Origin: Octopus vulgaris
Lineage: Eukaryota
Length of the DNA stretch: 64,000 bases
Assembly: GCA_951406725.2 (NCBI GenBank)
Contig: OX597814.1
Location: forward strand, 69,316,001-69,380,000
Reading direction: 5' to 3'
In this document: positions 12,481-25,624 of the stretch, in pieces
Numbering within the stretch: position 1 is the stretch's first letter
Layout of the letters: each line of letters opens with the position of its first letter
The notes under the pieces: generated by a model
Database searches by the model: none
Told to the model about the DNA's origin: nothing
Seen by the model: only the letters and a program-made list of their open reading frames with translations
Made by a program: the position numbers and the translations under genes

Positions 12481-14489
12481 TCTCATGTTTTTCCTGTTGG
12501 TATCAGCTTGCAACACATGCTTGTGCACATACACACATTAAGTGGTTCAAAAAGTGCTGGGGTGAAGCTTGCTCCAGCTTCAACAACTTTATGCAAAACT
12601 GCTTCAGTAACAAACATCTCTCTTTAAAGAAATGGCTTACCTTCATGATGCTAATTAATCTCAAAACACTGAGAACCAAGCCAAAGTCAGCCATAAGAGA
12701 GACTGAAAATTTTCATACACCTCCATATATAGATGATTCAACAGAAGCAACTGTGGAATATATTCAACTTAATAATATTTTGAAATCACAGTTCACAAAA
12801 TATTTTTCTACTTTCCAAACTGTATTTGAACAACAGTGCTTTAATGTTGTAAGTTATCGATGATGTAGTTAGAGAAGATATGGAATCATATGTTGTTATA
12901 TTAACTGGACAATTAATAGCTTCACATACACAACTGCCATCACTCTCAAAGAACACCTAGGAGGAATCTACTGTATACATGATAATGGAATTACTAAATG
13001 GGAAACAAAACTTGAAGAAAACATCAACAATATGTGCCACCATATTGAATGATTAACCATGACAATAAAATGGAAGAAGAATAATAGGTTCACACCTCAT
13101 CAATTACATCTTATACAATAATTAACAAAATTCTATAGCAGCTCTTGAGGGAAAGATAATTACTGTAAAGTACAAACTCAGGATGCTGAGTGAAAAACTT
13201 TGATATAGAAACATTTTTGAGTGAAACAATTTAAATCACAAGTTTGCTTCCAACTCACAGGAAATATACAGGGAGATAAGGAAGGAAAACATTATAAGTA
13301 AGTCCACTCTCAAAAAGACCTTGAATCATTCTAGTTTAACTCTGGAATGAAAATAAAAATTTCATACAATTAACCCCAAAACTTTCACTATAGCTGTAGG
13401 AACTATATAACAGGAAGGTACCTGGAAGAGACAACAGTTGGATGCTGACTTTACAGAAATCCATTAATATGCATATTCAAAATAATGATGGAAGGCTAAA
13501 ATGATATACTAAATTGGCTTGCAAGAATAAAACCACTAAATTGGCAGAAAACTATATGCTCATTTCTTGCTTAAACATTATGCCTAAGCTGTACATAAGC
13601 TGCTTTGACCAATTTCTCTAATGTCACTGTGAGTCCAACAACATAGTAACTGAAAGAAGGGAACAATTTTTGATAAAAAAAAGTTGTATTGTCAGAAGTA
13701 GAAAACACTGCAGAAACCTTGTGACAATATGACCTGATTATAAGAAAGCATTCGAATCATGGCTGCTGAAGTCTCTACATTGGGCAAAAGTACTTGCTAT
13801 CTTAGTTGCTGCCATTGAGAGGTGTCTCTGATGTTATAAATATTTCCAAGGGTAATATTTATAACATCAGGGAAATATTTATAACATCCCTCATTCCCAC
13901 CCTCTCACTCAATTTTCATTGGTTAGTTGATTCTAAGATATCATGTTGAAAATTAGCAAATAGTTTTCAGTTTCTCCTCTGGAGGTCTTACACAACACAT
14001 CAAAATTAAAACAACTAACCAAACTGGTTTATTTTTATATTTATTTTATTCTTATTCTTCAACCTTCTTAATTATTGTTATTATTGTTGCTTCCCCTTAC
14101 ATATATATGACAATATTTAAATTAGTCAAATTTCCTCCAGTTCTTGAGTCCTTCACTTTCAATTTATCTCTCTGTCTTGAATTCTCACTCCCATCTAACA
14201 ATCTGTTGATCTCTCCTACAAGTCCAACTTTCAATTTCTATCATAATATTTAATTTCACCCTCACCCAATCTCTATACACTTCTACAGGTACTTTAATTT
14301 CAGTCAAAATTTCCAATACAATTCAACTTTCCTAGAAATCTTCATGCCAATTTTAATAAATCCTGTTTTCAATCACCACCACCTTGAAGGGGGTTTGAGT
14401 GATTGAACATATATTTATGCATATATGTATTTATGACAATGCATATAGATAAACAGAGAGTGCACCTGTGCACATGACATGTTGAAGCA

Positions 14490-15997
14490 CCACTGATGCT
14501 ATTTTCATAGTCAGGTAACTGCAAGAAGTATTTAGCTAAGAACAAGTCATTGTACTTGGCATTTGTTGATGTAGAGAAAGCCTTTGATGGAGTACCTTGC
14601 TCTGTGATATGGTGGAACCTGAGGAAGCTAAGGATAGATGAATGGTTTGTGAAAGCAGTGGAGGGGTGCTGTTAGTAAGGTAAGAGATGGCAACCAGGTA
14701 CACTGATGAATTTATTGTAGAGGTATGTATCCACCAAGGGTCAGTCTTCAGCCTCTCCTATTCATCATTGTCCTCCAGGCCATAATAGAGAAATTTAAGA
14801 CTGGAAGCTCATGGGAACTCTTATATGCTGATGATCTTGCCCTCATAGGGGAATAGAATTAGAAAAAAAATTCCAGGCATGGAAAGAGAACCTGGAATCA
14901 AGGGGTTTAAAGTAAACAAAACAAAGACCAAGGTAACTAAGACATCAGACAGGATCCTTCAACCATCAGGTAAATGGTCCTGCTTGATATGTAGGAAGAG
15001 TGTCAGTAGAAATTCCATTTGGTGTACCCAGTACAAGCTATGGACATATAAGAGGTGCAGTGGATTAGTTGGAAGATGAACAGAGAAAGTAGTGCTTGTA
15101 TGTGAAAGATGTACAGGAGCCATAAAGACTACAAATACATGGGAAACTGATTTTCTTAAATGTCCCAGTAGCTCTCTGAAAGCTGGAGATATTTTTTGTT
15201 GCCCAGGTGACCTAATTAGCAGTGGAGGAAGTTGTATAGAAAGTGTAATTGCTAGAATAAGAATAGGATGGGGAAAGTCCAGAGAGCTTTTACCTCTGTT
15301 AGCAACAAAAGGTCTCTGTCTCCAAGTGAAGGGAAGATTGCATGATGCATATGTACAAACTGTGATGCTGTATAGTAGTGAGACTTGGGTCCTGAATGCA
15401 GAGGACATGCAAAGGCTAGAGAGGAATGAAGCTGGTATGTGCAATGTCAGTGTACATTTGTGACAGAGTATTGGTATACTGAGGGAGAAGTTGGGCATAA
15501 GAGGAATTATATGCAGTGTGCAAGAGAGGAGACTATGTTGGTTTGGTCACATGATGTGGGTGGATGAGGACAATTGCATAAAGAAGTACTGACCACTTAA
15601 AGGGGAGTGAAGTTGTGGAAGACATGAGATGAAGTGCTGAAGGCCAATCTCAAAATGCTGAATCTTATGGAGAAGACAGAGGAATGAGATTGTGGTGCAT
15701 TGCTGCACTTGAGACCATTACTGCAACAAAACTGAGACCCTAAAATCAAGGTGCCATGTAAAAAGCAGTGATGCTGGTGTCATTAAAATGCAGCTGTGAG
15801 GGTACCACATAAAAAGCATCCACAACACTCTGCAGAGTGGTTGGCATTAGGAAAGATATTTGGCTATAGAAATCAAGCCAAAAGAGGCTGTGGAACTTGA
15901 TACAGCCCCTGGCCTTACTAGTTCCTGTCAAGCCATCCAACTCATGCCAGCATGGAAAATGGATGTTATATAATGATGATAATGATGATGATGATGA
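14490..15997 (+). mobile_element. RTE LINE, 5'-truncated, with (GAT)n tail
   Basis: FVDVEKAFD, HQGSVFS, WELLYADDL, RIRIGWGKSRELLPLL; 3' UTR and gatgat tail. Confidence 0.88.
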
Positions 15998-17390
15998 AGA
16001 ATATCCAGGGAGATGGTCTTTCTGTTACAAAAATTCAATGACTACTTCCTTGTCGATGCTAAAAAGCTAACAATACCAAAAAACCACTGGAGTTAATATT
16101 TTCAGCTGACATAGGAATGGAGTTTAGCCAAAAGAAGTATTCATACTTGATTGCTGAACATGGAAAAATCAGCCCCTCAAACAGAAAACCTGTGCATCAA
16201 CGGTCCCTTTATAGCTCATGGTCTACACAAAAAATGCTACAAATACTTAAGCAATGATGAAAATATCGTATGAAGATGCTGTGCATAATGACAGAGTGAC
16301 CCAAGAATATTAAACCAAACTAAGAAAAATATGCTTTTACAACAAAACAATATATTACAATGCATTTGCAGTACCAGTTCTGATTATAATATTTGGAATA
16401 ATTGAGTGATCTGTGGAAGAAATTCAGTTCATAGGCATTAAAACAGTAAGATCCTGACATATCTGAAAAACATCCACAGAAACAGTTATACCGACAAACT
16501 CTGCATGAGAAGAGGTAAAGGAGTTAGAGGCTTGAGATCAATGAAAACAGCCTTTGAATGCTTTATAGTTTCTCCCAGACAATACCTGTTAGACAACAGC
16601 AGTAAAAATGAATATATAAATCTAGTGCAAAAAGAACATCTTATATGTTGGCAATGAGTTCCTCAGAAAAGCACTCTCTTCCAGATGACCTCAAATACAA
16701 CCCCAAAGCAGCTGGACTAACATATCTCAAAGAAGGCCTGGATGTGAAATGTTCAGCATGCCAAAAATAGGCTATGTATGAGTATGACTTGAAGATGTCA
16801 GTACTGCCAACATGAAGTGCAACTTCTTTTGGACTAAATACTGTTACATCACATTCCTCTTCAAAGGTTATGTATTTGTAATCTAAGAGCAGGAGGATGA
16901 TACAAAAACCCAATAAACAAAAGTGAAGCTCTTGGAGCCCCAAAATGCAACTGAAAAATATAGATTATGTCACATTTCTGTGGAAGACACCACACACATA
17001 ATCAGCAGCTGTCCCAAAATGTCATCAATCTACTCCCTCTTAATGTGACACAACATTGTTGCTAAAATATTATATAATGCCCTCTGAAAACAAAAAAAAC
17101 TGTCCTGGGATAAACACAGAGACCCTTCCCTTTTTTATTAAATACATACATAAACATCAACACAAGGGATATTGATGGAACATTACTTTCAAAACTTCTG
17201 CCAACTGCTAACATAATAGGTCAAGTATTGTTATTTAGGACAGACAAGAAAACGTATGTGCCATCAAAGAGCTCAGCTGCCCTGCTGAGGTGAATATCTC
17301 TCCAAAAATCAAAGAGAAAGAGGACAACTGTTTAGAAACCTCCAGCTGCTATATAGGCAGATAATAAATTCCCATTTATACCAATAATAA

Positions 17391-19576
17391 CACAATGTAA
17401 CACATGTTTTGTTTATTTGTATTTTTTGATGTTCATATATGCACTTTTGCCATTAAATTCAAAAATCACATTCGTTTTGACATAACATCGATATTTATTT
17501 ATTCCTAATTTCATATTTGCTCATTATATTTGTAACTTATCTCTACAGCACTTTGTTGGTTCAATCTATTCTAGTATTATAAGGATAATTACACAAAATT
17601 TAGTATTTTTTCATATATTGAAAGATATTTAGGATGTATAATATTAGAAGAAAATGAAACAATAAAACTTTGCACTGTAAATGCCTTGATAACTCTTTTC
17701 TTAAGATGAGAAGTGCTTTGACGATCGAGATTTTCTGGAGTGTACACCTTCATCTCTTCTGACTAGAGACCATATATAATCTCCCATCATAGCAGTATCC
17801 CATTGTCCTTGGTATCTTCTTTCCATAGTTGCGATGTCCTGATGAAATCTCTCACCATGCTCCTCACTGACATCACCCAAGGTGAGAGTGCAAAAAATGA
17901 ACCTTTTAGGACATACGACAACCCATTTTCTTGAAGTTTTCAATAAGCTTTTCTACCAGCTGTTTGTAATTAGGATCCTTGTGATTTCCTAGGAATCCAA
18001 CTACATCACAAAATGCACACCAAGTTTCTTTTTCAGCTTTTGTAATTGCTCTTTCCAGTTTCTTCGACTTTAACCTTGCATTTACTTGGGGCCCAACAAA
18101 TATGCCACCCTTGATCTTAACCTCAGATAGCTTTGGAAACATAAAATAAATTTCTTGAAAAGCTTCTCCTCTAAAATCTAAGGCCTTCACAAACTGTTTT
18201 ACCAATCCGAGTTTGATATGAAGTGGGGGTAATAAGATTTCGTTGGAATCTACCAGAGGCTGTTTGAGAACAACATTTAACATTCCTGGCTGCAGTTCCA
18301 CTCGTGGGGGGGGGGGGGTGAGGGCAATGTGCTCTCTTGTAATGATCATCATCAGCTCTACTGTCCCATAAGCAAAGGAAACATGAATACTTTGTGTATC
18401 CCCCTTGCAAGCCAAGCAAGAAGGCAAGCATCTTGAAATCACCACAAACATCCCACTTGAACTCAGTGTAATTTATTTTGTCAAGAAGTCCTTTGACATT
18501 ATCATAATTTTCTTTTTTCTGTGTGGAGTGTGCAAGAAGCAAAGAAAGATATTTATTTCCATTGTGGAGCAACACTGCTTTGAGACTTCGTGTTGAGTTA
18601 TCTATGAACAGTCGCCATTCTGCAGAATCATGCTTGTGTCCTATAGCAGTAAACAAACCAATCACATCTTTGCAATAATACAGATCATTAATATTTTCAT
18701 AGTAAATTTCAAATTCTTCATGGTGTTTCCAGTATATAGATGTCTTGCAGTCTTCCTCCAGTAGATTCCATTCCTTCAACTTTGATGAAAGAAGTTCAAC
18801 TCCTGACTTAGTAAGACCCAGATCTCTGATTAAATCATCTAGCTCACTCTGATTTGGAAAGTGAGGCTCCAAAGACATTCTTGGTACGAAAGCTTCCTCC
18901 ATTTCTTGGCTGCTGCTACTTGTTGACTCTTCAGATGAAATATTTTCTGGTGGTAATGGTACTCGTAAACTGTCTGGTGGTATGACTGGATACTGAAGAG
19001 CTTGTCTTCCTTTCACTTTTCTGTACTTTGTCACATTGATCATACAAAAGTAACAGTTATTGTGATGGTTCTTTGGCTCTCTCCATACCCTTGGAATGGC
19101 AAAAGGCATTGACCTTCCTGTATCACTTAACCATCCTTCTAGAGGAGATCGACAGCTTCCACATATCACATGTGGGGCCCATGGTTTGTCCTTGTCACCC
19201 ATGGGCATTCCGAAATAGAGTCTGTATGCTATCCACAATTTGGTACCTTTCACGATCTTATGTAATACCTGCTTTTTCCAATATAATAACCACACACATA
19301 GCAAAATGTATCTGGAGAATTTTTACATACTCTAGTAGCCATCCTGAAAGTAACAGAACTTAGTAATTAGTCTGAAAGAGAAAATTAGACATAAATTTAG
19401 TAGTGGAACATTATAACAATACCGAATATATAATAACATTGAAAGTTGACATATTTTTTTAACTGTTGATGATACACAAAAAATAATTTCATTTTTGGAA
19501 TAAGCAGAAAAAATGGATTGATAAACGATTAAAAAATTACAATAAACAAATTTTTTTTGAAAATTGTTACGTTGTG
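17391..19576 (-). mobile_element. Chapaev3 (CMC superfamily) DNA transposon
   Basis: Termini cacaatgtaaca ... tgttacgttgtg (CAC..GTG TIR), preceded by TAA; encodes the transposase pseudogene listed below. Family assigned from remembered motifs. Confidence 0.78.
17701..19342 (-). pseudogene. Chapaev3-type transposase, several frameshifts
   Basis: FCYVCG...WAPHVICGSC...WREPKNHHNNCYFC (Chapa-type zinc finger), WRLFID, CGDFKM, LQGGYTKYSCFLCLWDSR, LPPLHIKLGL, SEEHGERFHQDI. Confidence 0.85.
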
Positions 19577-19630
19577 CACTTGGTTTTGTGAATAAATGCC
19601 TAAGTGACAATCTGGATAAACTGAAATATT

Positions 19631-19843
19631 CTTCTCTACTCTAGGCACAAGGCCCAAAATTTTTGAGGAGGGGGTCAGTTAATCAGATTAACCCCAGTAT
19701 GCAACTGGTACTTATTTTATCAACCCCGAAAGAATGAAAGACAAAGTCGACCTTGGCAGAATTTGAACTCAGAACGTAAAGACAGACGAAATACTGCTAA
19801 GCATTTCCCCTGACGTGCTAACATTTCTGCTAGCTTGCCGCCT
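19631..19843 (-). mobile_element. tRNA-derived SINE, family 2 (Nin-domain-like core), with 18-bp TSD
   Basis: TSD tggataa(a/g)ctgaaatatt at 19613-19630 and 19844-19861; B box GAGTTCAAATT; ctttcattctttcggggttgataaaataagtaccag core. Confidence 0.85.
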
Positions 19844-20253
19844 TGGATAAGCTGAAATATTAAGCTAACTCAGATATTACAAATATAATTTGTAAGTGGG
19901 ACAGTAAATATATGCAAGGCTTTTCTTGAGTTCAAAATGAGATTTTGTTTGAGTTATCTATATTCCAATGATGGAGCTTTATATCTTTGTTAGAAACCAG
20001 CTTGTTCCTCAGTGGAAGAATCCAAATTATTAAAAATAGAAAAAAAAACATGCATATAAAATCTTTATAATCATATACATTTATAGAGAAGTATATATTT
20101 TTGAATCAACTGATTAAAAAATAAAAGATAAAGCCAACCCCATCAAGATTTGAACTCAGATTGCAGCAGTTCAAAACCAAAGCCTATAAGATTTGTAAGT
20201 CACTTCTAATTTTCATATTAGTAATTTTCAACAAATTTTAAATTCTCCTTTAC

Positions 20254-20487
20254 CTGTGATGAAGTTTCATTCAGCTTTTCTAATCCATTTTCTAACCTAA
20301 TAATTTGTGCCTGCAGATTGAGGCTCTTTTCTCTCAGAAGATTTATATAGAGTTTAATTTGTTCCAAGAAACTTTTGGGAGTTGTGTAGTTATAACGTCT
20401 TTCATTTTGCAGATATAAAACACTAATGTCATTTACAGTTTTGTGAGCATAAGCTAAAAATTTAGAAACAGCTTGACATTTTTCTTC
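20254..20487 (-). CDS. Axonemal dynein beta heavy chain, exon E (AAA4 lid to start of coiled-coil stalk)
   Basis: tgcag|GAA acceptor and CAG|gtaaa donor; 234 nt. Translates ERRYNYTTPKSFLEQIKLY...RLENGLEKL. Confidence 0.95.
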
Positions 20488-20694
20488 CTGCAAAAGAGAG
20501 GGAAAACAGTACTTGTAAATTATGTTAATAAATAATATATTGATGTTCCTTAATATTTTTTCAACATTCATTGTAATTAAAGGTCAAACCAATTGAAAGG
20601 GAGATGTAAAAATTATAAAAGGTTAATAGTGATCTTATTAACAACCCATTTAAGATATTTGGAAATATAAAAAAAAAAACAACAAATTACTTAC

Positions 20695-20856
20695 ACTTAA
20701 TAAATTGGCTTCTTGGAGGAATCTTTGGCTGACAGAAATCAAAGCTTCTTGTGGCCATTCATGGAACCAGTTGATGCTAGTACAATTTGTAATTGCAGGA
20801 AATTTCCGACTCCTCACTCGAAGAGTAGCACCAACAGGTGAGAAACACAAAACAAC
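20695..20856 (-). CDS. Axonemal dynein beta heavy chain, exon D (AAA4 C-terminal part)
   Basis: tttcag|GTT acceptor and AGT|gtaagt donor; 162 nt. Translates [47 protein letters not shown]. Confidence 0.95.
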
Positions 20857-20872
20857 CTGAAAAAATACAAAA

Positions 20873-21140
20873 AAATTTAGCTGTTTAATGGTGGAATGCA
20901 AAGTATATAAAGCTACAAATAATAGCATGTAGATGGAAAAAGTTGAAGACTGCCTTTGGAGTGTGAATCCATATCTGTAAATATGACAGATGTCCCATCA
21001 TGTTCTGTCATGTTTATAGAAGATACAGGTTCATGTCTTGCAGACAGCCTTCAACTTTTTCCATCTGCAAGGGATTAATCTATATGCTGTTATTTATAGC
21101 TTTATCTACTTTGAGTTCCACCTTTCAAAATGATTAATTT
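20873..21140. repeat. Imperfect inverted repeat (fold-back/MITE-like), about 270 bp
   Basis: ggtggaatgcaaagtatataaagctacaaataatagcat pairs with atgctgttatttatagctttatctactttgagttccacc; agatggaaaaagttgaag pairs with cttcaactttttccatct. Confidence 0.85.
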
Positions 21141-21217
21141 CATATTTCACAAAGTTTTAAAATTCTTATGACATTATTTGTTTAACTTACTCCATCTCTA
21201 TCAAACAAATGATGTAT

Positions 21218-21280
<63 letters not shown>

Positions 21281-21283
<3 letters not shown>

Positions 21284-22575
21284 GCATACCTTGACTTTAG
21301 TTGTTTTGATTGAAATCGTTTTCGATTATACGTAGGTTTTCAAAAATAATATATGGAAAAATAAAAATCAAGTAAAGTCATTTAACTTGACTTTACATCT
21401 GTCTGCCACAAATATTGGAATTGTAAAATCACCAGAAAATCATTAAAAGCACATAAAATCATGTTACTGTACAATAAATAAGAATAAAAGCATACAAAAT
21501 CATATTAAAATACATACAGTAAATGTAAGATACACACCATAAAGTAGTGTAGCTTAGTGAACGAAATCAGCTGTGTTGTCTTATTTATCAGTCTTTCACA
21601 GCTCATATTGCACTGTAGTTCCAATATCTATTGTTGGGCGTCATTGTTACTTGTGATTTCCGCAATTATTTTGAATTTAGATTTGTTTACATCTTTTTAC
21701 TGGCTATTTCCTCATTTTCATTCATTTGTGACTTTATCTTTTTGCCCCCATGGCTCCTAAGAAAATTCATAGTGAAAGTGCTAAGTGTCATGCTATAATG
21801 CTGGAAGATAAACTGGCTATGATAAAACGCCATAAAAAAAGTGAAAAAGTGGTAGCAGTTGCACAATCTTTTGGGATGAGTTGGACAACTGTATCGACAA
21901 TTGTACATAATGACAAAATTTTAGCACATATCAAATCTGAAGCCCAGGGATGAAGAACACAGTCTTCAATAAGACAAGACGCAAAATGTTTGAAGAAATG
22001 GAAAGTCTTCTTTCTCTTCGGATTGTTAGGTTGAATTGTCAGCGTACTACTATTAATCAAGAAATCATACAAGAGAAAGCGTTGTCTTTGTTTGAGGACC
22101 TTAAGAAAACATATCCAAATGAGAAAGATGTAGAGTTCAAGGCAAGTCAAGGATGGTTCATGAGGTTTAAGGAACAAAGAAGTTATCATTCCATTAAGAA
22201 GCAAGGTGAAAGTGCATCAGTTGACAAACAAGCAGCAGTGGAATTTCTTAATGCATTAAAGAAAATCATCAAAGAAAACGGGTTTCTTCCTGAACAGATT
22301 TTTAATGTAGAAGAAACTGGATTGTATTGGAAAAAAATTGCCAAGTCATTCATTCATTTCCAAGAAATAGAAAACTATTCCAAGCTACAAGATCTCAAAA
22401 GAATGTGTGACCATTATGTTGGGAGGTAATTGTGCAGGAGATTTTAAGTTAAAGCCATTGCACACAACCCCCATACCCCGAAGAACATACCCAAGGTATC
22501 TCACCTTGTAATATGGATGACTAATTCAAAAGCATGGATTACTGTTGGTGTTTTTGAAGATTGGTTCTTCAATGC
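21281..22575 (+). mobile_element. Tigger/pogo DNA transposon, 3'-truncated (transposase pseudogene about 21750-22570)
   Basis: Starts CAGGCATACC after (TA)n; CENP-B/HTH domains, FKASQGWFMRFK, IFNVEETGLYWKK, MLGGNCAGDFKLKPL, KAWIT..FEDWF. Confidence 0.88.
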
Positions 22576-22806
22576 AGAATTGTCGGATTAATACAGTAGG
22601 GTATTTTGAGGGAGATTTGGCTGCAATTTCTATCAGGTCTACCTACCATGTAGACATGTGAACTTCATTTTCACTCACAGATTTGCATTTCAAAAATTTC
22701 ACATAATCTTTTCCATAAATCAACTATCGTAAAACTTTTCTACCAAGACCTCACATTTTCTATGTATGTGTGTGTATCTTAAAAGACGTGATTAGACAGA
22801 GGTCCA

Positions 22807-22990
22807 TCAGCCGCTGGTCAAGATGTTCTTATAACTCCAATGTCCCTCACTCCCTCCGACATGATCTACAAGTTTAAGTGGGTTCAATTTCCTATCAAAC
22901 TCTACTTTGCAATGACAATAAATAAGGCACAGGGTCAATCATTGCAAATTGTTGGTTTCAATCTCACAGAGCAAGTGTTCTCCCATGGTC
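22807..22990 (+). mobile_element. Helitron Pif1-type helicase C-terminal fragment
   Basis: Translates QFPIKLYFAMTINKAQGQSLQIVGFNLTEQVFSHG. Confidence 0.8.
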
Positions 22991-23475
22991 ACTCACTCAC
23001 TCTATCTCTCTTTCTCACCCTCTTTCTCTCTCACATACACATGCACAAGCACGCACGCATGAACACACACACACACACACACATAGATACACACACAGAC
23101 ACGTCCATTACACATATCTTCTTTCAATTTCTGCTCTCTGCAAATAAAATTTTTACGGATACAACTGCTTACAAAAATAGGGATTAATATATAATTTCTT
23201 TATATGTTCATAATTAAATAAATGTTTTAATGATTAGACAGAGGTCCAATACAATAGCTCTCAGAAACAGACTATATACAAATTCTTTCTTCACAACACC
23301 TGAAACTGTTTTCTGACAGTGGGAGGAAGACATTTTCATACAGCTGGATGGTCCAATTGAAACTGTGGACCCAAAAAGATAAGTTTGAGAAACGCTGTTA
23401 TAGATTATGCCTAACCGAAAACGATCACACCCACATCATCCAAACAGATTGGGTGAAACTGGGCTTAACCTCTAG

Positions 23476-23507
<32 letters not shown>

Positions 23508-23529
23508 AAAACATGATGCGAAGGATTCA

Positions 23530-23607
23530 GCGGTACATATGTTTCGGGCCTTTATTAGACAGATTTATAACAATGCATAATGTATGTCTGTGGCCTTCTT
23601 CAGCCGC
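23530..23607 (-). ncRNA. Minimal type I hammerhead ribozyme in the PLE terminal repeat (element-sense and dynein-sense copy)
   Basis: GCGG-CUGAAGA-A-GGCC...GGCC-C-GAAA-CAUAUG-UA-CCGC: stem I GCGG/CCGC, stem II GGCC/GGCC, palindromic stem III ACAUAUGU, predicted cleavage after GUA. Confidence 0.75.
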
Positions 23608-25624
23608 GCACAACAGCTTCCACAAGGACATGTGTTACATCAAGAATTCTTGGTTGGGGATGCAAATCCTCTCATTCGCGTACGACATAATGCGGCAGCA
23701 GCATAGAATTGAAGCGTCCATCTCTTTCTTCTCTCAATGTAGAATGAGGAAATTTGGATGTTGAAGTAATGTAAATAAATAAATACATATATAGACGTGA
23801 AGATGGAGGGGCGAGAATTCAGGACGACGGATAAAAAATGTATAAAAAGTGTAAGTATAGAAAAATATAAAAATGTAGAGTATAAAGATATAAAGGGATA
23901 TAAGGAGATGTAAAGGGGGTATAAAGAATATAAAGAAATATAAAGAAATATAAATAAATGTAAAGGCATAAGGTTATAAAGTAAAAATAGAAATAGAAAT
24001 AAAAGTAAAAAGTAAAAAGATAAAAATAGGAATAAACATGATAAAAATGTAAAAAGATAAAAAAATATAAAGATAAGGGATGTATAGAGGTTACGGACCA
24101 AACATGGTGGTCAGGAGATTGATAAAAATTTAGTTGTAGAAGTTTTGGGTGTCAATATATCAACAGTGTCGTCTGGGGACCTAATGTGTTGTAAATCAGA
24201 GCTGTTGAGCGTTTAATCTGGTTCTTAGAATTAATTGGTCATCTAGTACATATATACCATCATGGATACATACACCCATATACACGTGTACAATATACGC
24301 CTCCAAGCCTATAAGCATACACACGCACTCACGTGTAAACATGTACATAAACACACACACACCCACACGCACGCGCGTACATATACATACATACAACAGA
24401 ATATCCGCATGTATACACGGACATTATACGTGTACACACCCATATGTACATACGTGCGTCCATCCTTACATACACATACGCATATGCCCACGCTTCCAGG
24501 TTTAGATATAAGATATTAAAGGATGTATATAAGAACGTATGTAAAGAATCACGCACTCACGTCTACACGTGCACGCACACACGGCTGTGTCCATATGTGC
24601 GTGCACATATACACTTACATACACACACAGAGACATACTCGCATTTGGGTATAGCTATAAGATATTAAAAGATGTATACAAATAGGTGTAAACATATGAA
24701 TATAAGAAAACATGTAAAAAAAGAAATACGGGGTATGTACATCCAGACGTAGATGTTTACTCGTACATATGTACATATATGTATACGTATACATACGTAC
24801 ACGGACGCTCGTATAATCATGAAGTGGATCCATAGGTAAGTAAATAAGGGATAAGCAAAAAAAATAGACATATATAGAGATATAAAGATATAAAGCGATA
24901 TGTTAGGGGTAAGGATGAGGGTAAGGGTAAAAATTAGAAATAAAAGTAAGAAATACAGTATAAAATAAGAAATACAATGTAAAAGTAGGAAATGAAATAT
25001 AAAAATTATAAAAATTATAAGAGTTAAGATAAGGGATGAAAATAAAAATGAGAATAAATCGAAGTAGAATAAAAGTAAAAATAAAAGTAAAAATAAAAAT
25101 AAAAATAAAATAAAATAAAATAAAAATAAAAATATAATTTGGTAAAGTTTAACATGAGATGAAGGTGGTTGAAAGTTAGAGGTGTGTGTTAAAGGTGCCC
25201 ACGTAGGGGCGGGCGGGGGGAACTGAAAATTGGAAGGGTGGGAAGTGGAGTTTGGCGGTGTGCGTTCAACATCCGAGTTAGAAATGTGAAAGGGTATAGA
25301 TATAGGGAAATAAAGAGACTATATAGGAAGGATATGGGTGTAGGAGAAGAAATATGTAGGGAAAAGAAGACATATATGGGAGACAAAATTTGTATATATA
25401 GGAGGAAAATGCAGGGAAACATATATGCACATACACACACCCACACACACACACACACGCGCACATATATATATATATATACATATACGTACACATATGT
25501 GCACATACATATATATACGCACACATATACGCATATACACGCACATATAGGAAAGTGGGATGTGCTGGAGCCGACAGGTTGCACCGGGTGGGAGGAAATT
25601 GCATGGGGGAGTTGGTATAATAAC

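Larger units (their letters stand above)
12870..19940 (+). mobile_element. Old R4/Dong-like restriction-like-endonuclease (RLE) non-LTR retrotransposon in pieces (about 12870-13920, 16000-17390, 19577-19630, 19844-19940), interrupted by RTE, Chapaev3 and SINE insertions
   Basis: DYKKAF and IFQG RT remnants; YRLCHISVEDTTHIISSCPKM (CCHC); ELSCPAEVNI (RLE); PFIPII|ALGFV rejoins across the Chapaev3 element; terminal VSGTVNICKAFL. Confidence 0.7.

Noticed and set aside
12640-12700. Extra dynein exon (AAG|gtaagc donor on the minus strand)
   Set aside because: The translation shows no dynein stalk similarity. I found no further dynein exons in 1-20253 or 53366-64000, though very short ones could be missed.
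23348-23764. ORF sharing an identical 83-aa sequence with 28034-28285
   Set aside because: The identity comes from the PLE inverted repeat; it is the antisense of the ribozyme-bearing terminus and has no protein motif.
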